From Girardia tigrina (taxonomy: Eukaryota), in NCBI GenBank assembly GCA_001938485.1, contig MQRK01217099.1, positions 7,127 to 71,126 on the forward strand: a stretch of DNA of 64,000 nt, given 5' to 3'. Below are positions 63,239 to 64,000 of this stretch, piece by piece. The first letter of the stretch is position 1. The number at the start of each line of letters is the position of its first letter. The notes below the pieces were generated by a model. That model saw only the letters and a list, made by a program, of their open reading frames with translations, did not search any database and was not told the DNA's origin. The position numbers were made by a program, and so were the translations under genes.

Positions 63239-63690
63239 AGTCTTGTGAATGCAAGTTTAGTATTTCGAAAATATAATTTGATTAAAGTTTTTTTTTATAT
63301 AATTATTGAACATGTTTCGATGTTTACAAACATCATCATCAGCAATTTTCGAATGTTTAGTATATGAATATTGAATTGTTTGAATAATACAATTTTAACA
63401 GATATATTTACTTTAAAAGGTAACGAATAAATTAATTATTATTATTTATCAAAGTATTATTGGGTAATAATGGCAAAAAGAATAATTTAAATAAAAATTT
63501 CTTAGAAGGCGCTTGAGGGACAATATGTATACAAATAAGCAAATAGAACACAACATTAGGGTAATATTAGACAAATTATGTACAGATGCACGAGTTAAAA
63601 AACAATTAAAAGAAGAAAATACTGAAGAATACAAACAAATCATTAAAATTCCATATTCTGAAGGATTTAGAGCATTTAAGAAGAGTATTA
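63233..63690. mobile_element. Penelope-like fragment: inverted pLTR (minus) joined to RT-EN linker ORF (plus)
   Basis: 63233-63350 is the reverse complement of 31036-31155; plus-strand NMYTNKQIE...IKIPY. Confidence 0.75.
63305..63346 (-). ncRNA. Minimal hammerhead ribozyme motif
   Basis: attg-CTGATGA-t-gatgttt(gt)aaacatc-GAAA-catg-TT-caat. Confidence 0.7.
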
Positions 63691-64000
63691 AGCCTGATAG
63701 CAGGTCCTGTCTTTGAGATGGGGTCATCTCCGAAATCCATGGCGCTATTGTTAGTGCCGATCGAACGCTTCTCTTCAGTTTACTGAAGACTGATTCCATG
63801 GGATTAAGGAATGGGGAATAAGGGGATAAGTGAACCACTTCCATATGGTTCGGAGTGGCAATGCCTGTGTGAATTGAGGCATTGTCATGAATTAAATAAT
63901 GTTTTGTGAGAGGAAGGTGGTGAACGAGTTCAGAAATGAATTCTTGGTATTTTTCTCTATTCACACTACCAACCACCACCTTAAAATGTACTGGCCCGTT
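63690..64000 (-). mobile_element. IS630/Tc1-like transposase C-terminal catalytic region
   Basis: LIHDNASIH...HLSPYSPFLNPMESVFSKLK. Confidence 0.85.

Overview
AT-rich eukaryotic (invertebrate-like; species cannot be determined from the sequence) genomic window, with N-runs mostly inside repeat cores. I reconstructed one host gene by hand on the minus strand: a carnitine O-palmitoyltransferase 1 (CPT1-like) gene with 14 coding exons (58729 down to the stop at 9003; 2038 nt, about 678 aa). All introns are GT-AG and phase-consistent, and about 90 N-terminal residues lie beyond the window. The catalytic His sits in a 26-nt microexon. The introns are either tiny (43-62 nt) or multi-kb and packed with decayed, often nested transposons: mariner, Tc1, DD41D, pogo/Tigger, hAT, MULE, piggyBac, Chapaev-like, Helitron, Gypsy, Penelope and LINE. 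The first ~7 kb holds a Polinton/Maverick-like remnant, with an intron-containing pPolB-type gene (tandem CxxC-x14-HxxH fingers) and AGTAGGG termini carrying 21-bp-periodic arrays of RFX X-box-like palindromes. The most interesting signals are (i) several minimal hammerhead-ribozyme motifs from Penelope ends, up to three of them sense to the CPT1 pre-mRNA, (ii) a ~1 kb inverted repeat pair bracketing the catalytic microexon, (iii) the X-box arrays at the Polinton-like termini, and (iv) recurrent fold-back duplications. All assignments come from motif recognition only; no database searches were run.
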